Source: Nanobdellota archaeon (GTDB taxonomy: Archaea > Nanobdellota > Nanobdellia > Woesearchaeales > JAHJEM01). Taken from it: a DNA stretch of 64,000 bases. The notes beneath the pieces are model-generated. The model saw only the letters and a list, made by a program, of their open reading frames with translations. It was not told where the DNA came from and ran no database searches. This document shows, in pieces, positions 61,001-64,000 of the stretch (position 1 is its first letter; the number at the start of each line of letters is the position of its first letter). The stretch is from positions 14,302-78,301 of the forward strand of contig JBDRSD010000039.1 in NCBI GenBank assembly GCA_043825215.1, read 5' to 3'. The position numbers and the translations under genes are program-made.

Positions 61001-64000
61001 ACCTGGGAAACCAGGTTCCCTTCTGTGACATGCTGCAAGCTATAAGCAATAACAGTCGCACCCCCGTCCACTGCATAGATAGTCGTGCCATTTCGCATCA
61101 GCTTGTTCGGCGCAAAAGGCAGGGAGAACTTATTGACAAGCACAGGATTATCCCAATCAGAGATGTTCACGACAACAACCTCATTTCCAACCGTGTCTCC
61201 CAAATACAAGTGATTGTCATAGACGACAATGCCCTGACCGAAGTAGCTGTTCCCACCACCATCAAGCGCGTCCATATTGATCGTTCCCGCATCAGTGCCA
61301 TTCTTGAAATAGCGATACACCATCGTCGTCAAAGCAGCGGGGCGATCTCGCGTATTGCAATAAATATACGTATCATCAACATCCAGCCCGATACAGTTCT
61401 GCGAAGTGAAATCATATGCGGGACCATCATCAGTCCACGAAGCACCATTATTCGTTACAGTCCAGCGATTGATCTCATATCCAGTCCAGTCCTGGCTCCA
61501 GAATATCATCTCGCCTGAACTGACATTCGATTCCCACGGATCAAACGTCAATCCCGTGTATATCTCAGCAGATACGGTCTCTGTTCCCATATAGACCCAA
61601 TTACCTGTCCAGCGCTGCAAGGCATTACTTGTCGCAAAGAAAAGATAATCCTGGCTCCATCCGGTCAGGTTCTGCGGAGCATAGGTCGCACCCCACGCAT
61701 ACGGCGTCGGAACAAGAGTGTAGTTTACCGCATTCACCGGATCAACACTATGGTTTATTGACAGCTTGAAATAATCATCCCAGCCCGGCCAAAGCCCGGA
61801 CCAGATAGCGATATTATCATACTCACCTGCTGTAAAATCAGTATCATTCTCCTGTATCCACGACGAGATGCCGCCAGCGACCAACGTATTATTGATATAC
61901 ACCCAGATGGGATTGTTCGCAGCATCAGCACCTGAACTGATGTTCACATGGCCCCAGACGGTCAGGTTCTCCTCGAGAAAGACCTCTGTCGGCGTGACAT
62001 TCTCCGAAACCCACAACGTGAGGATATAATCTGATGCGTTTCGCGAATAGTTCGCCTGGTCCATCGCAACGATCGTATAATTCCACGTGCCATGCGCATC
62101 AAGGTTGATCGTCGGGCTTGTCCATAAGTCACCATTACGCGTACCATTCACATTATAAACTATAGAACCGTTTGGCGCAATCAGCGTAAAATTCACCCAC
62201 CAGACATCATTGTCAGTCACGTTTCCGGTGATATTAAAGGGGGCAATGTAATACGGGGAGGTCGGAGTGGTATAATGGGAATGGACAGTTGGCATCTCAA
62301 CGACAAGTATATTCTTCGTGTTCTCGCCATAGACCTCATCCTGATATGTCGCATTCACTTTCACTGTGGCAATCCCACCGACACCAGGAGCCTTGATCGT
62401 GATATTATAATTCCCAGAAGAATCGGTTGCAGCACCATAGCGCAAGATGATGTCATCAACAAGAGCAGATGATGAGAGGTTTGTCGTCGTCAGGTTCACG
62501 CGCATCTGCACATACCTTCCATGGGTAGCGGAAATGTCAGTCGTGTAGGTCGCATTCGCAATATCTGACAGGAAGATCGCCGACCGGATCTCCTTTGTTA
62601 TTGCCGTATCTGCAGGAGTCGTATTGATGATGTTGAGAAGAGAATACGAGGTTGCTCCTTGCTCTGTATCATAGACTTCAGACGTCCATTGGGCAAATGA
62701 GACATACGGTATCTGGTAGCGATAGAAAATCGTATTTCCCCCATTCACGTGCATAACCGTATCCACGCGAGCAAGGCTGTTGATGTCCAGGCCATGATAC
62801 CATCTCGCATCCAATGTTGGCGTATTCCAGTTCGTAATGTCAACGACAACAACCTCATCGCTCGTCACGCTCCCATTGTCATTTCCAAGGTAGAGGTGGT
62901 TATTGTAGTACGCTATCCCTTCCCCGTCATAGCCAACAACAAGGGATGCAATGTCAATATTTCCTGCAGCGGTGCCATTCTTATAATACCTATAGACTGC
63001 CGAGACAGGAGTTCTCGTGTTGCAATAGATATACGTCTCATCCACGTCAATACCAATGCAATTGGTCGAATCAAACCAAGAGACCCACGTCCAGGTATCA
63101 CCGTTGTTCGTGACATTCCAGCGGTGGATGTTCGCTCCGTTATTTGTCCAGTCCTGCGTCCAGAAGACAGCAGTCCCTGACTCGTTCAGGAGAGCTGTCT
63201 CGTAGGGGTCGAACGCGATGCCAGTATAGACCGTGCTCAGGTTGAAGCCTGAAGGGTGGCTCTGCCAGGTATAGGTCGTGTCAAACTTGTCAATCAGGTT
63301 GTTTGTCACGGTGAAAAAATAATTCTGCACAAACCCTGACTCGCTCGCGCTCGCATAGGTATTATCCCAGGGGGCAATGCCATGCGTCGTCGTGAGCGTT
63401 CCGAGAGTCACCGGATCAGCAGTATAATTCACTTCTGCGCGGAACGTGTCATCAAAGACATAGATCTCATTCTTTGTCCCGTTATTGAAGTGGGTATCAT
63501 TCGTCCGGTTCCAATAATTGACCCCGCCCGCCTGGAGCTCATCATTGAGATATATCCATATCGGGTTGTTAGCGACAGTTGTGCCATTTGAGAGATTTAT
63601 ATGGCCAAAGACCGCAACGTTCTCATAGAAATTTGCGATTACCGGCGGATCGACATCCTCTGAGACCTGCATCACCTGCAAGACACCTGAGAGAGACTGC
63701 GAGAATCCTGTCGCGTCCATTGCAAGAATCGACCAGTTCAAGGAGCGATAAGAATCAATCAGATGGGATTGCGAATTCCAGATGTCACCTGCCCGTGTGC
63801 CATTCGCATTATAGATCAAGGACCCATTCTGGTCAGTGAGCGAAAAATTCACATAATACAAGTTGTCATCAGTCACATTCGCATAGATGACAAACGAATT
63901 ATTGAAGTAGGGAAGCGCGGGGATAAACCATTGCTCAGTTATATTTGGTCCCTGCAGGATGAGCAGGTCCTGCGATGCCTCACCATAGAGGCCATTATAC
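43075..64000 (-). CDS. Giant exported protein, at least 6975 aa in the window. The 5' end is beyond the right edge. The N-terminal half is a tandem array of ~550-aa modules. The C-terminal half has two DUF2341-like domains, Ig-like arrays, CARDB and the same C-terminal domain as the 4510-aa protein.
   Basis: The track ORF begins at a GTG at 63876, but I read the frame by hand as open to 64000: YNGLYGEASQDLLILQGPNITEQWFIPALPYFNNSFVIYANVTDDN. DUF2341-like domains: WWNFSWAYRLPLTVSS...YYLYYDT and WWDYQWEYRVPYNISGN...YVYFNN. CARDB: NVTVSVVIFNEGVRDAENFTVQFFNYTG...VDAPLETNGTVAEANEENNNASQTFTV. C-terminus ...DIVVFYGEIR. Confidence 0.85.
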   Translation of the reverse strand, partial: YNGLYGEASQDLLILQGPNITEQWFIPALPYFNNSFVIYANVTDDNLYYVNFSLTDQNGSLIYNANGTRAGDIWNSQSHLIDSYRSLNWSILAMDATGFSQSLSGVLQVMQVSEDVDPPVIANFYENVAVFGHINLSNGTTVANNPIWIYLNDELQAGGVNYWNRTNDTHFNNGTKNEIYVFDDTFRAEVNYTADPVTLGTLTTTHGIAPWDNTYASASESGFVQNYFFTVTNNLIDKFDTTYTWQSHPSGFNLSTVYTGIAFDPYETALLNESGTAVFWTQDWTNNGANIHRWNVTNNGDTWTWVSWFDSTNCIGIDVDETYIYCNTRTPVSAVYRYYKNGTAAGNIDIASLVVGYDGEGIAYYNNHLYLGNDNGSVTSDEVVVVDITNWNTPTLDARWYHGLDINSLARVDTVMHVNGGNTIFYRYQIPYVSFAQWTSEVYDTEQGATSYSLLNIINTTPADTAITKEIRSAIFLSDIANATYTTDISATHGRYVQMRVNLTTTNLSSSALVDDIILRYGAATDSSGNYNITIKAPGVGGIATVKVNATYQDEVYGENTKNILVVEMPTVHSHYTTPTSPYYIAPFNITGNVTDNDVWWVNFTLIAPNGSIVYNVNGTRNGDLWTSPTINLDAHGTWNYTIVAMDQANYSRNASDYILTLWVSENVTPTEVFLEENLTVWGHVNISSGADAANNPIWVYINNTLVAGGISSWIQENDTDFTAGEYDNIAIWSGLWPGWDDYFKLSINHSVDPVNAVNYTLVPTPYAWGATYAPQNLTGWSQDYLFFATSNALQRWTGNWVYMGTETVSAEIYTGLTFDPWESNVSSGEMIFWSQDWTGYEINRWTVTNNGASWTDDGPAYDFTSQNCIGLDVDDTYIYCNTRDRPAALTTMVYRYFKNGTDAGTINMDALDGGGNSYFGQGIVVYDNHLYLGDTVGNEVVVVNISDWDNPVLVNKFSLPFAPNKLMRNGTTIYAVDGGATVIAYSLQHVTEGNLVSQVFDTGQFAPLITDIAVTNTTPSASQMTWMIRAAGDLADLNATSWKSTLGTTQGRYIQWKIILNTTDASVSPEVSRVNISYGVKTDENGDYNITTLSLSSGGYFDVIVNTTYNSIYGENRVRIHAFKPPEIVSVFFNPVSPYYPDNFTIKVNISDDNPVFATFTLYYPNGSLAYIGNGTRSGDIWTSPSHAVDVHGTWNFSIYSQDGDGFNDTYDGFFETMWVTMNLTPEIADFEEEVLVCGHINLSNGTNVTNNPIFIYLNDVLQLGDVSTWSQSVLADYLAGTRYNVTLGNDTFYHEMNNTLVLSHNYTADPIDVRNHSSIVTYATYDMTFVPKQESGWDQDYLFSVTLNQVRRFNTYLNWVESLSNTTAGWYTGMAFDPWLSNASQGRAVIWMQNWSSYQVYAWNVTNNGATWVRDDSTLFSSSPRPCLGIDVDQSYIYCNTRFANGASVYRFTKGGAAAGSINVNAIVAGYSGEGIVKYKNILYLGNDNSDDILVLNVSDWSSPVLLTTWAYAPDINMLARNRSDIFVSAGSGYIYNYRIPYFPQGEFISTVLDTGQVSPSYLSLYSSNISETNTSIILEMRSAPIAANLTYKNFTSNLSGENGRYAQYRATLATNNTWQTPTIRNVSLTYGAQTDANGNYCYAITAPSLGGVYEVLVNSTFQGVYGESTSSLTIYQFPSIEDHYTVPSYPYYGRSFVIKANVSDDNILGVNFTLNHPNGSIIFNQNGTRAGSIWTSPSYSIDSYQTWNYTIFAYDQTGFNDTVTRILQMMQVTLNNTPETVGLSENVTVFGHINISNGTNVSNNPIYIYINSVLRVGGINAWLQYSDADFNAGNASNVVVENSTFFLGYDYSTSPYYSGTATLNSDPGDWGFTYAHKSESGFDANYFFFSTQNVLNVYNDAYSFVGNAAGFNTSTIYTGLAFDPYETAILNTSGTAVFWAQDWTNNGANIHRYNVTNNGLTWTWVSIFDSTNCIGIDVDDTYIYCNTRGNPSAGATAVYRYYKNGTAAGNINMDALDPYSAGDDYYGEGIVVYDNHLFLADEYGGTPTTTWNELHIVDISDWDSPVYVSGTNLTTGPNQLARRNGTIFMGNGGVTLYKYELMYANAGNLVSQIFNTNLSTPAYTGFKIINSTPATGNITFEMRSAGSYAAVSSALWTTDLSTQAGRFAQWRINLTTADANFTPIVDNVSLYYGASTDSNGDYNYTITAPGFGGVYEILVNSTYDGIYGEARKNFTVIQRPNITNWSTTPISPYNPADFVIAATVVDNDLVSVNFTLIDFDGNIVYNLNGTKGGGMTWTSLSSAITSFLQYNYTILATDALGYTDNVSGIIELLEVSGQLDNSVVNLYDNVSVWGHINLSNGTNASNNPFTVYLDDVLVVDGVREWTYDEEADFDNGTHQNLTLNPYNLTLAYDHGSQSAYLGSQVGSNPPDWDMTFAPAAQSGFDNDYFFFTTANTVQRFNSTLFYLDSPTGWLTNTIYTAVIFDPWETALLNQSGTAVFWTQDWTYNYQMHRYLVTDNGTTWAMYDSWSSDRCIGIAVDENYIYCNTRDRPTATTSSIYRYNKSGTAMGTINMDTLDGGGDSYYGEGIFYFDNHLYLNDEYGDEIIVLNITDWSNPNIETKFAGAYPANFMANNGSYFWLGDGGTTFHKYRIQYKSSGEIISEIFDTEQTAPLYEINWSGVMGSGTNISAEIRSGESVAALLVASWTEDASLERGRYAQLRYNLTTTDRNFTPTLINSTLFYGAKTDANGDYNVTFNATVGGSYDVIVNTTFRGIYGEKRLNIKVYQGPIIEDVWTDPDAVMYDTEFNLRANVTDDNLVSVNFTLINPFDVVVYNLNGTYLNGSIWKSINYTIDEYGAWNYSVFAIDADGLNMTYNGTIGFLVMTEYLDQYAVGPDMNVTVYGHAETTSGGNATFAPLNIWLNGSLIAGGSQWLQTLDEDFNNGTKNDVYVSDDSFRLRYNHSQNATFVQNNTASAGTAAWGFTYAPAIESGFDANYFFFASMSGGNPYIRKFSEDFNYVSSPTGGTFETVYTGIAFDKWETESLNTSGTAVFWSQDWTYNGGNIHKYYVSSNGNTFTWQSSFDSTNCIGIDVDPDFVYCNTRGGLIYRYNKTNGAANGTINGDTLDPYDAGDDYYGEGIAWFDGHLYLADEYGGPGDTAWNEMLVVDISNWSTPVLKTKFEIPLNPNHVARKDNYIYLGDGGVIIPEYHVDYSSYGNLESQIFDAGRDDVFYGSLVIQNISVPSGASVGYELRSSDNLSNLSLEPYGTNLSSQYGRYVQWRINLTTVNVTVSPIVDNVTLIYGITTDEFGDYLYIFTSPNQTGNYSVRVNLTYQGSTGDLTRYLFVDADAPDINMMYPLAFYNTSSTELNFTWNASDNFWDYLLCNLSIADEVNVSLMNQTNDSVTNQSVYGFETGLYNWSLSCWDGFNNTASSSAWNFAVDQEAPNITLITPEDYYNQTEEADLSFTFNVTDNLLEVANCSLIINNTVYQNDSNITQGQTIEFLQALSNGIYSWQVNCTDTAGNIGNGTQRTLTVNISNFKPRINTLSVSPSYLGYGYPVNITANVTDDLNLTDTVIVNITKPNGSSKIYVMTNLTKDMYTYIFESTWMYGVHNVTVTANDTAGLTWTNTSSFTIDLNVTFRVTTEQDIYGSNEQVDLLGEINTTNWWNFSWAYRLPLTVSSAGSNRTEFPVEVWVSFENVSDVDKNSTRLIYAPGNSTSEEVPRQIDWYDDSTAIITFLVNTTTDGNDQYYLYYDTTVSPKPEKTLADYGVTRTYWSGIGCREPQGNTDNYCLMPGGSSSYYGIMLEQAGDMQWQYSGDNWSSITEMERHEFLSFGYRVGTADNWSIIGAAATCGNMTSPPSPNMSFFTEQGFKGTVSFDYGFRSGIIFKKRVSVFNPTYQSGLFEKLAKVEYIIENENASNATIRIDLSGYDGNGNYKYIYPDSAGNPVTCDDCAEVHITNFQSREPWIAYTRPFQTYLDTGWIYVNDSVSVPQQAHMHDHESFACSAEGMPQNVPNGTEDRAGVGWLQKGYQVWGNYSMTVPAGGRKIITYWRTIDTATPDTYYPLLSNVPGVTVGGAETQVTRYSVVDNTGTTDFKAYLVMRVQKNVSGTWANVGTPVVNDLLPPISIRTFINMTTLYLNQTWDDKGAWNTQLNEKGQYRVYATIRDNVSDLLTLDGVTPFSAYYPFKIGSPDITITSVEHENEYEHGINEYEIGDTLQWVNITIQNNNITAIDVNLSLNVLDYNLIDVSWGPDETQSCGDLAEGASCERRFDNSSAGYRIPSSASPGTYSFYWDILIDYANGNQVSNFSNYFRIHNLLYNLSSLISPSLIYQNESTTYNVTLMNPWLSDLTFVNFTVNCPNVTGLACFCKSAAPSQTCSYAGISAGFWEKASFNISTNASVPVGTYYANVTIVYMNPGGEVRNLTQRQSRQFRVLVPGALLTDIVNNETTITRAYGNFTFLGYAENTDTTPANNVTLNWTFPGGWTNMTPASFNETVLNETAYLWGNTTVILDSDAALGSQTVRLNVTAADKLGIAAEYVIDVYARPSFSLFESNNSNPKQGARIELKGTLQWDNGTLMSGETVTFRDMTDGYLIGSNVTNGIGVGSFEYNVLANASVGVHTLNVSFAGDAARYLTPSYGLLNITVTQATTIGNLTVEPQTVGYGRNVTVSVDMYDEDGLEETVIMVTYPNNATSNMSLTLMGGNTYRAIFNQTWTWGNYSFYVYARDTTQEVTVSSSDVFYVRASGDVKVQTEKDTYDINQQVNLTQGATLTDWWDYQWEYRVPYNISGNGFDRNDFPMDIWVDFDDYLANVTSLDNDSIRVADEFRNELPVQVDWFDNDTAIVTFLVNLTASESRMYYVYFNNLSRNVSAKNLSDYGVNRTMYSGYGYCRQPNSPYTDTWCLMPAGNASNYGIMFEDQGDQQWAYTANNWSTATEMERYELLSFGFNKSGTVLWSNIDSATTCKNMASEPVPQKSFLSQDAYRSTVRFKYDYTNGVYFNKMMSVYNGSFQDDNFSYLAKTQYVIENKNTTNISIRVEFGGADGGGTYDYRYADAAGSPTVCNGCTEQHIMNFQSREPWLQNYRPAATYLDTGYVYVNDSLSIPPEVHIHDFEGFGCTAEGTPQNIPVGSEDTAGVGWTGRGYPVWGRNYSIVVPAGEYVTITFWRKAGNRSDLDTIWPMLSNQPSAEKGSLQSTQQLGSSVIINQYPMDGYLLMRVDFNSSGVWVEEETVVDDILNATLRSFEYTQPFDLTTPWNDSGSFDTMTRENGYYRVYAEIRDYYENILRMDNGSYFNASYVFQITPSPVSLDMNALRVYDITNVSDTNQSTAYLIDQGLNATFRLYTNRSYRVEVIVDNLEESIQDWTISTADIYHKGLSGLWNVSTISDIYYAVGTDNYSSGNFTGGNISWNTSQGGISVAPDIVSFYYIFNLTQNTSGYYPVSFDVINAQYSEHDSSLFWVIETESIPPVLFNSTYNVSPRIVHTRENLTVFARWNETLESATIEYNSTNQSMTNYSVTLPSPNPKNWSNYTINTSENWTLGIHYAKIYAEDLNYNWNDTLPYLVFEVWAYASLASINLTPALINESGSTTITCKVVNNITLAGIANYTVSFFNSTGLIGTNMTNASGYATFLYTDTSAGSENMTCVIEDEPAIYYNRSGTYSQIASLFTQEGSPPYYNNTNQSRLIIHKGETAYFWTTWYDNLALDTAVFSTNETGTYQNSSLASPIDLNDSVMYVSNFSVAFGAASTRGIFGWRIFANDTSNNQNGTQTYPFQVWGWADAASITLDPMSMFETNTTNITCLVRDNLSLAGIANYTVYFYNSTTPLGTNTTNSTGYATYSYADYSTGIEMMYCRINDAPTIFYNASGNDEISEELNTLPEGSDIYAPYNLSYGLTSYAVTKGASPTTTIYALWNEEINYSYARFNGTSATLENVNISPPYTGNWTNYTFTVNNSWFAGLHGLKLFARDLAGNWNISLAYLTLNVTGRSKVYWDSPSGIVTTNFVDMKCNVTDKHSGVPIQNYQVYLYNGSYDLIDTTMTNAQGQATFNVNVTGEEGEEVYTCEIDNQEKLSYIVNKTLNDHVASQTLTFGRVPPTIVLHEPEQNYYTQIRNVSFNFTVFDDNSSYAICDFFMDSYERVSNFNVSNNTVYNVTMTNISDGIHTWYVGCVDTFNNPNSSETRTFRVDYGPPTITLLSPPNNGYSNQDSALFSYRPQDYGNITACSITIDGILNRTNTSILNNQTNTFSLDNLSLGFHNWSINCTDNSVKMGNSTVWNFSYDPTDPSIEVIYPTQGLIILNNTVNFTWIATDSFDDNMTCRLVLDAFYYDWMEVDNNTITNYSLSSIIDGNHEMYIECYDTASNTNVSETINFATSLAPYLIVNYPMNNTWNSSVNHTISYNVTDNDDINNCSLWLDESLNDTDNAVENNQENFFTLENLEQGWHNWSIVCYDTSVTESNGTTGNISLYIDFTQPEPNITTANGTWFRNASPEIFFNITDNMDWIINYTFFINGTRNTTGQVNLRNISNVTNTTSDILANLTDDTYFLVLEAFDRARNVKNSTNRTIYVDTVAPTIILNSPIYYENVSSPIVTLNYTVNESRSHNTSCNLTIDHALYNATTVVQGEEYVINVFTFSIGLHYWNVSCVDLAGNYNVSETYFFNVTSADLLVNSGNITLNDSDLIERKNVTVSVVIFNEGVRDAENFTVQFFNYTGNKTSQIGQNFTIPYLNASMNMTLNVTFNLTLGFNNFRVIVDAPLETNGTVAEANEENNNASQTFTVGFWMFVAGNTTVEKALRSQSNSTIYNWTPFGENGTNIYIADIDSQVSFFSLKALGRDTNNLSQPDDFPEADTALGSSSYVDNITVTYTVGGVPIALRNYTIFAKDVANVSVVNSTNMTTFETGLLWDASDGGTEYAGTQDLVLITAVNEGMESFAGISDFEIRIPATLRELTGTNDIVVFYGEIR
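53700..64000 (-). repeat. At least six in-frame tandem modules of ~1.65 kb (~550 aa) inside the giant gene, continuing beyond the window
   Basis: Recurring blocks NGTR(A/N/S)GD(I/L)W, NNPI(W/F/Y)IY(L/I)N, NCIGIDVD(E/D)TYIYCNTR, GEGI(V/A)(V/Y)YDNHLYLGD. NGTR sits at aa 27 and aa 578 of the track protein, giving a 551-aa period. Homologous antisense ORFs at 62749..63180, 57826..58194 and 54550..54846 give 1.66-1.8-kb periodicity. Confidence 0.8.

Noticed and set aside
60046-61518. Long plus-strand ORFs inside the giant genes: 490 aa here, 362 aa at 31304..32392, 225 aa at 48634..49311, and 160 aa at 7624..8106 inside the 526-aa gene
   Set aside because: They are antisense to continuous ORFs of thousands of codons and have Arg/Ile/Val/Pro-rich low-complexity translations. 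They repeat with the same ~1.66-kb period as the sense repeats. They are a by-product of sense-strand codon bias that removes antisense stop codons.
1-64000. Assignment of the giant proteins to haloarchaeal/nanohaloarchaeal SPEARE-type proteins
   Set aside because: Cytoplasmic proteins here (SET, HTH regulators) are Lys-rich and basic rather than acidic. No protease or restriction-endonuclease motifs were seen in the giants, and the signal-peptide CDSs here carry no recognisable hydrolase or nuclease motifs.
1-64000. CRISPR arrays, diversity-generating retroelements, toxin-antitoxin pairs or restriction systems
   Set aside because: No short regularly spaced direct repeats, no reverse-transcriptase-like ORF and no nuclease or toxin motifs were seen. 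The only tandem repeats are the in-frame ~1.65-kb protein modules.

Overview
This 64-kb window looks archaeal. Several promoters have an AT-rich TATA box (TTTATAAA or TTTATATA) about 24-28 bp upstream of the start codon, which implies leaderless mRNAs, and oligo-T tracts follow some genes as terminators. Encoded proteins include a small SET-domain protein, a TrmB/ArsR-like regulator, a ribbon-helix-helix protein and an AbrB-like protein. Exported proteins are dense in NxS/T sequons, and several end in a C-terminal transmembrane helix plus a basic tail. Twenty-four of the 25 genes are on the minus strand and many are translationally coupled.

Three giant exported proteins dominate:
- the N-terminal >=2345 aa of one, running off the left edge (1..7038)
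- a 4510-aa protein (29546..43078)
- a >=6975-aa protein (43075..>64000), whose 5' half is built of at least six tandem ~1.65-kb modules

All three carry DUF2341-like WWNxS(W/Y)xYR...YYGN domains. The two whose C-termini are visible share a CARDB domain plus a ~190-aa terminal domain, and their genes overlap by ATGA. A catalytic-domain-only tyrosine recombinase overlaps the start of the left giant gene by ATGA.

Between the giant genes sits an accessory cluster:
- five tandem paralogous ~240-aa secreted proteins
- two paralogous ~300-aa N-anchored proteins, 10 kb apart
- single-pass membrane proteins with a cytoplasmic zinc-ribbon tail or extracellular Cys-rich repeats, FN3 and CGDG motifs
- four small DNA-binding regulators

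A short motif, TTCGTAT, flanks the TATA boxes of several promoters. Seven exported proteins (both giants and the five small paralogs) end in a shared [FYI][YWF]xE[IL]x-COOH motif.

I read the locus as one previously undescribed, co-regulated cell-surface system, possibly for adhesion or cell-cell contact. It is organised around the giant DUF2341/CARDB proteins and a dedicated family of secreted partner proteins.

Domain calls rest on motif recognition from memory and need HMM confirmation.
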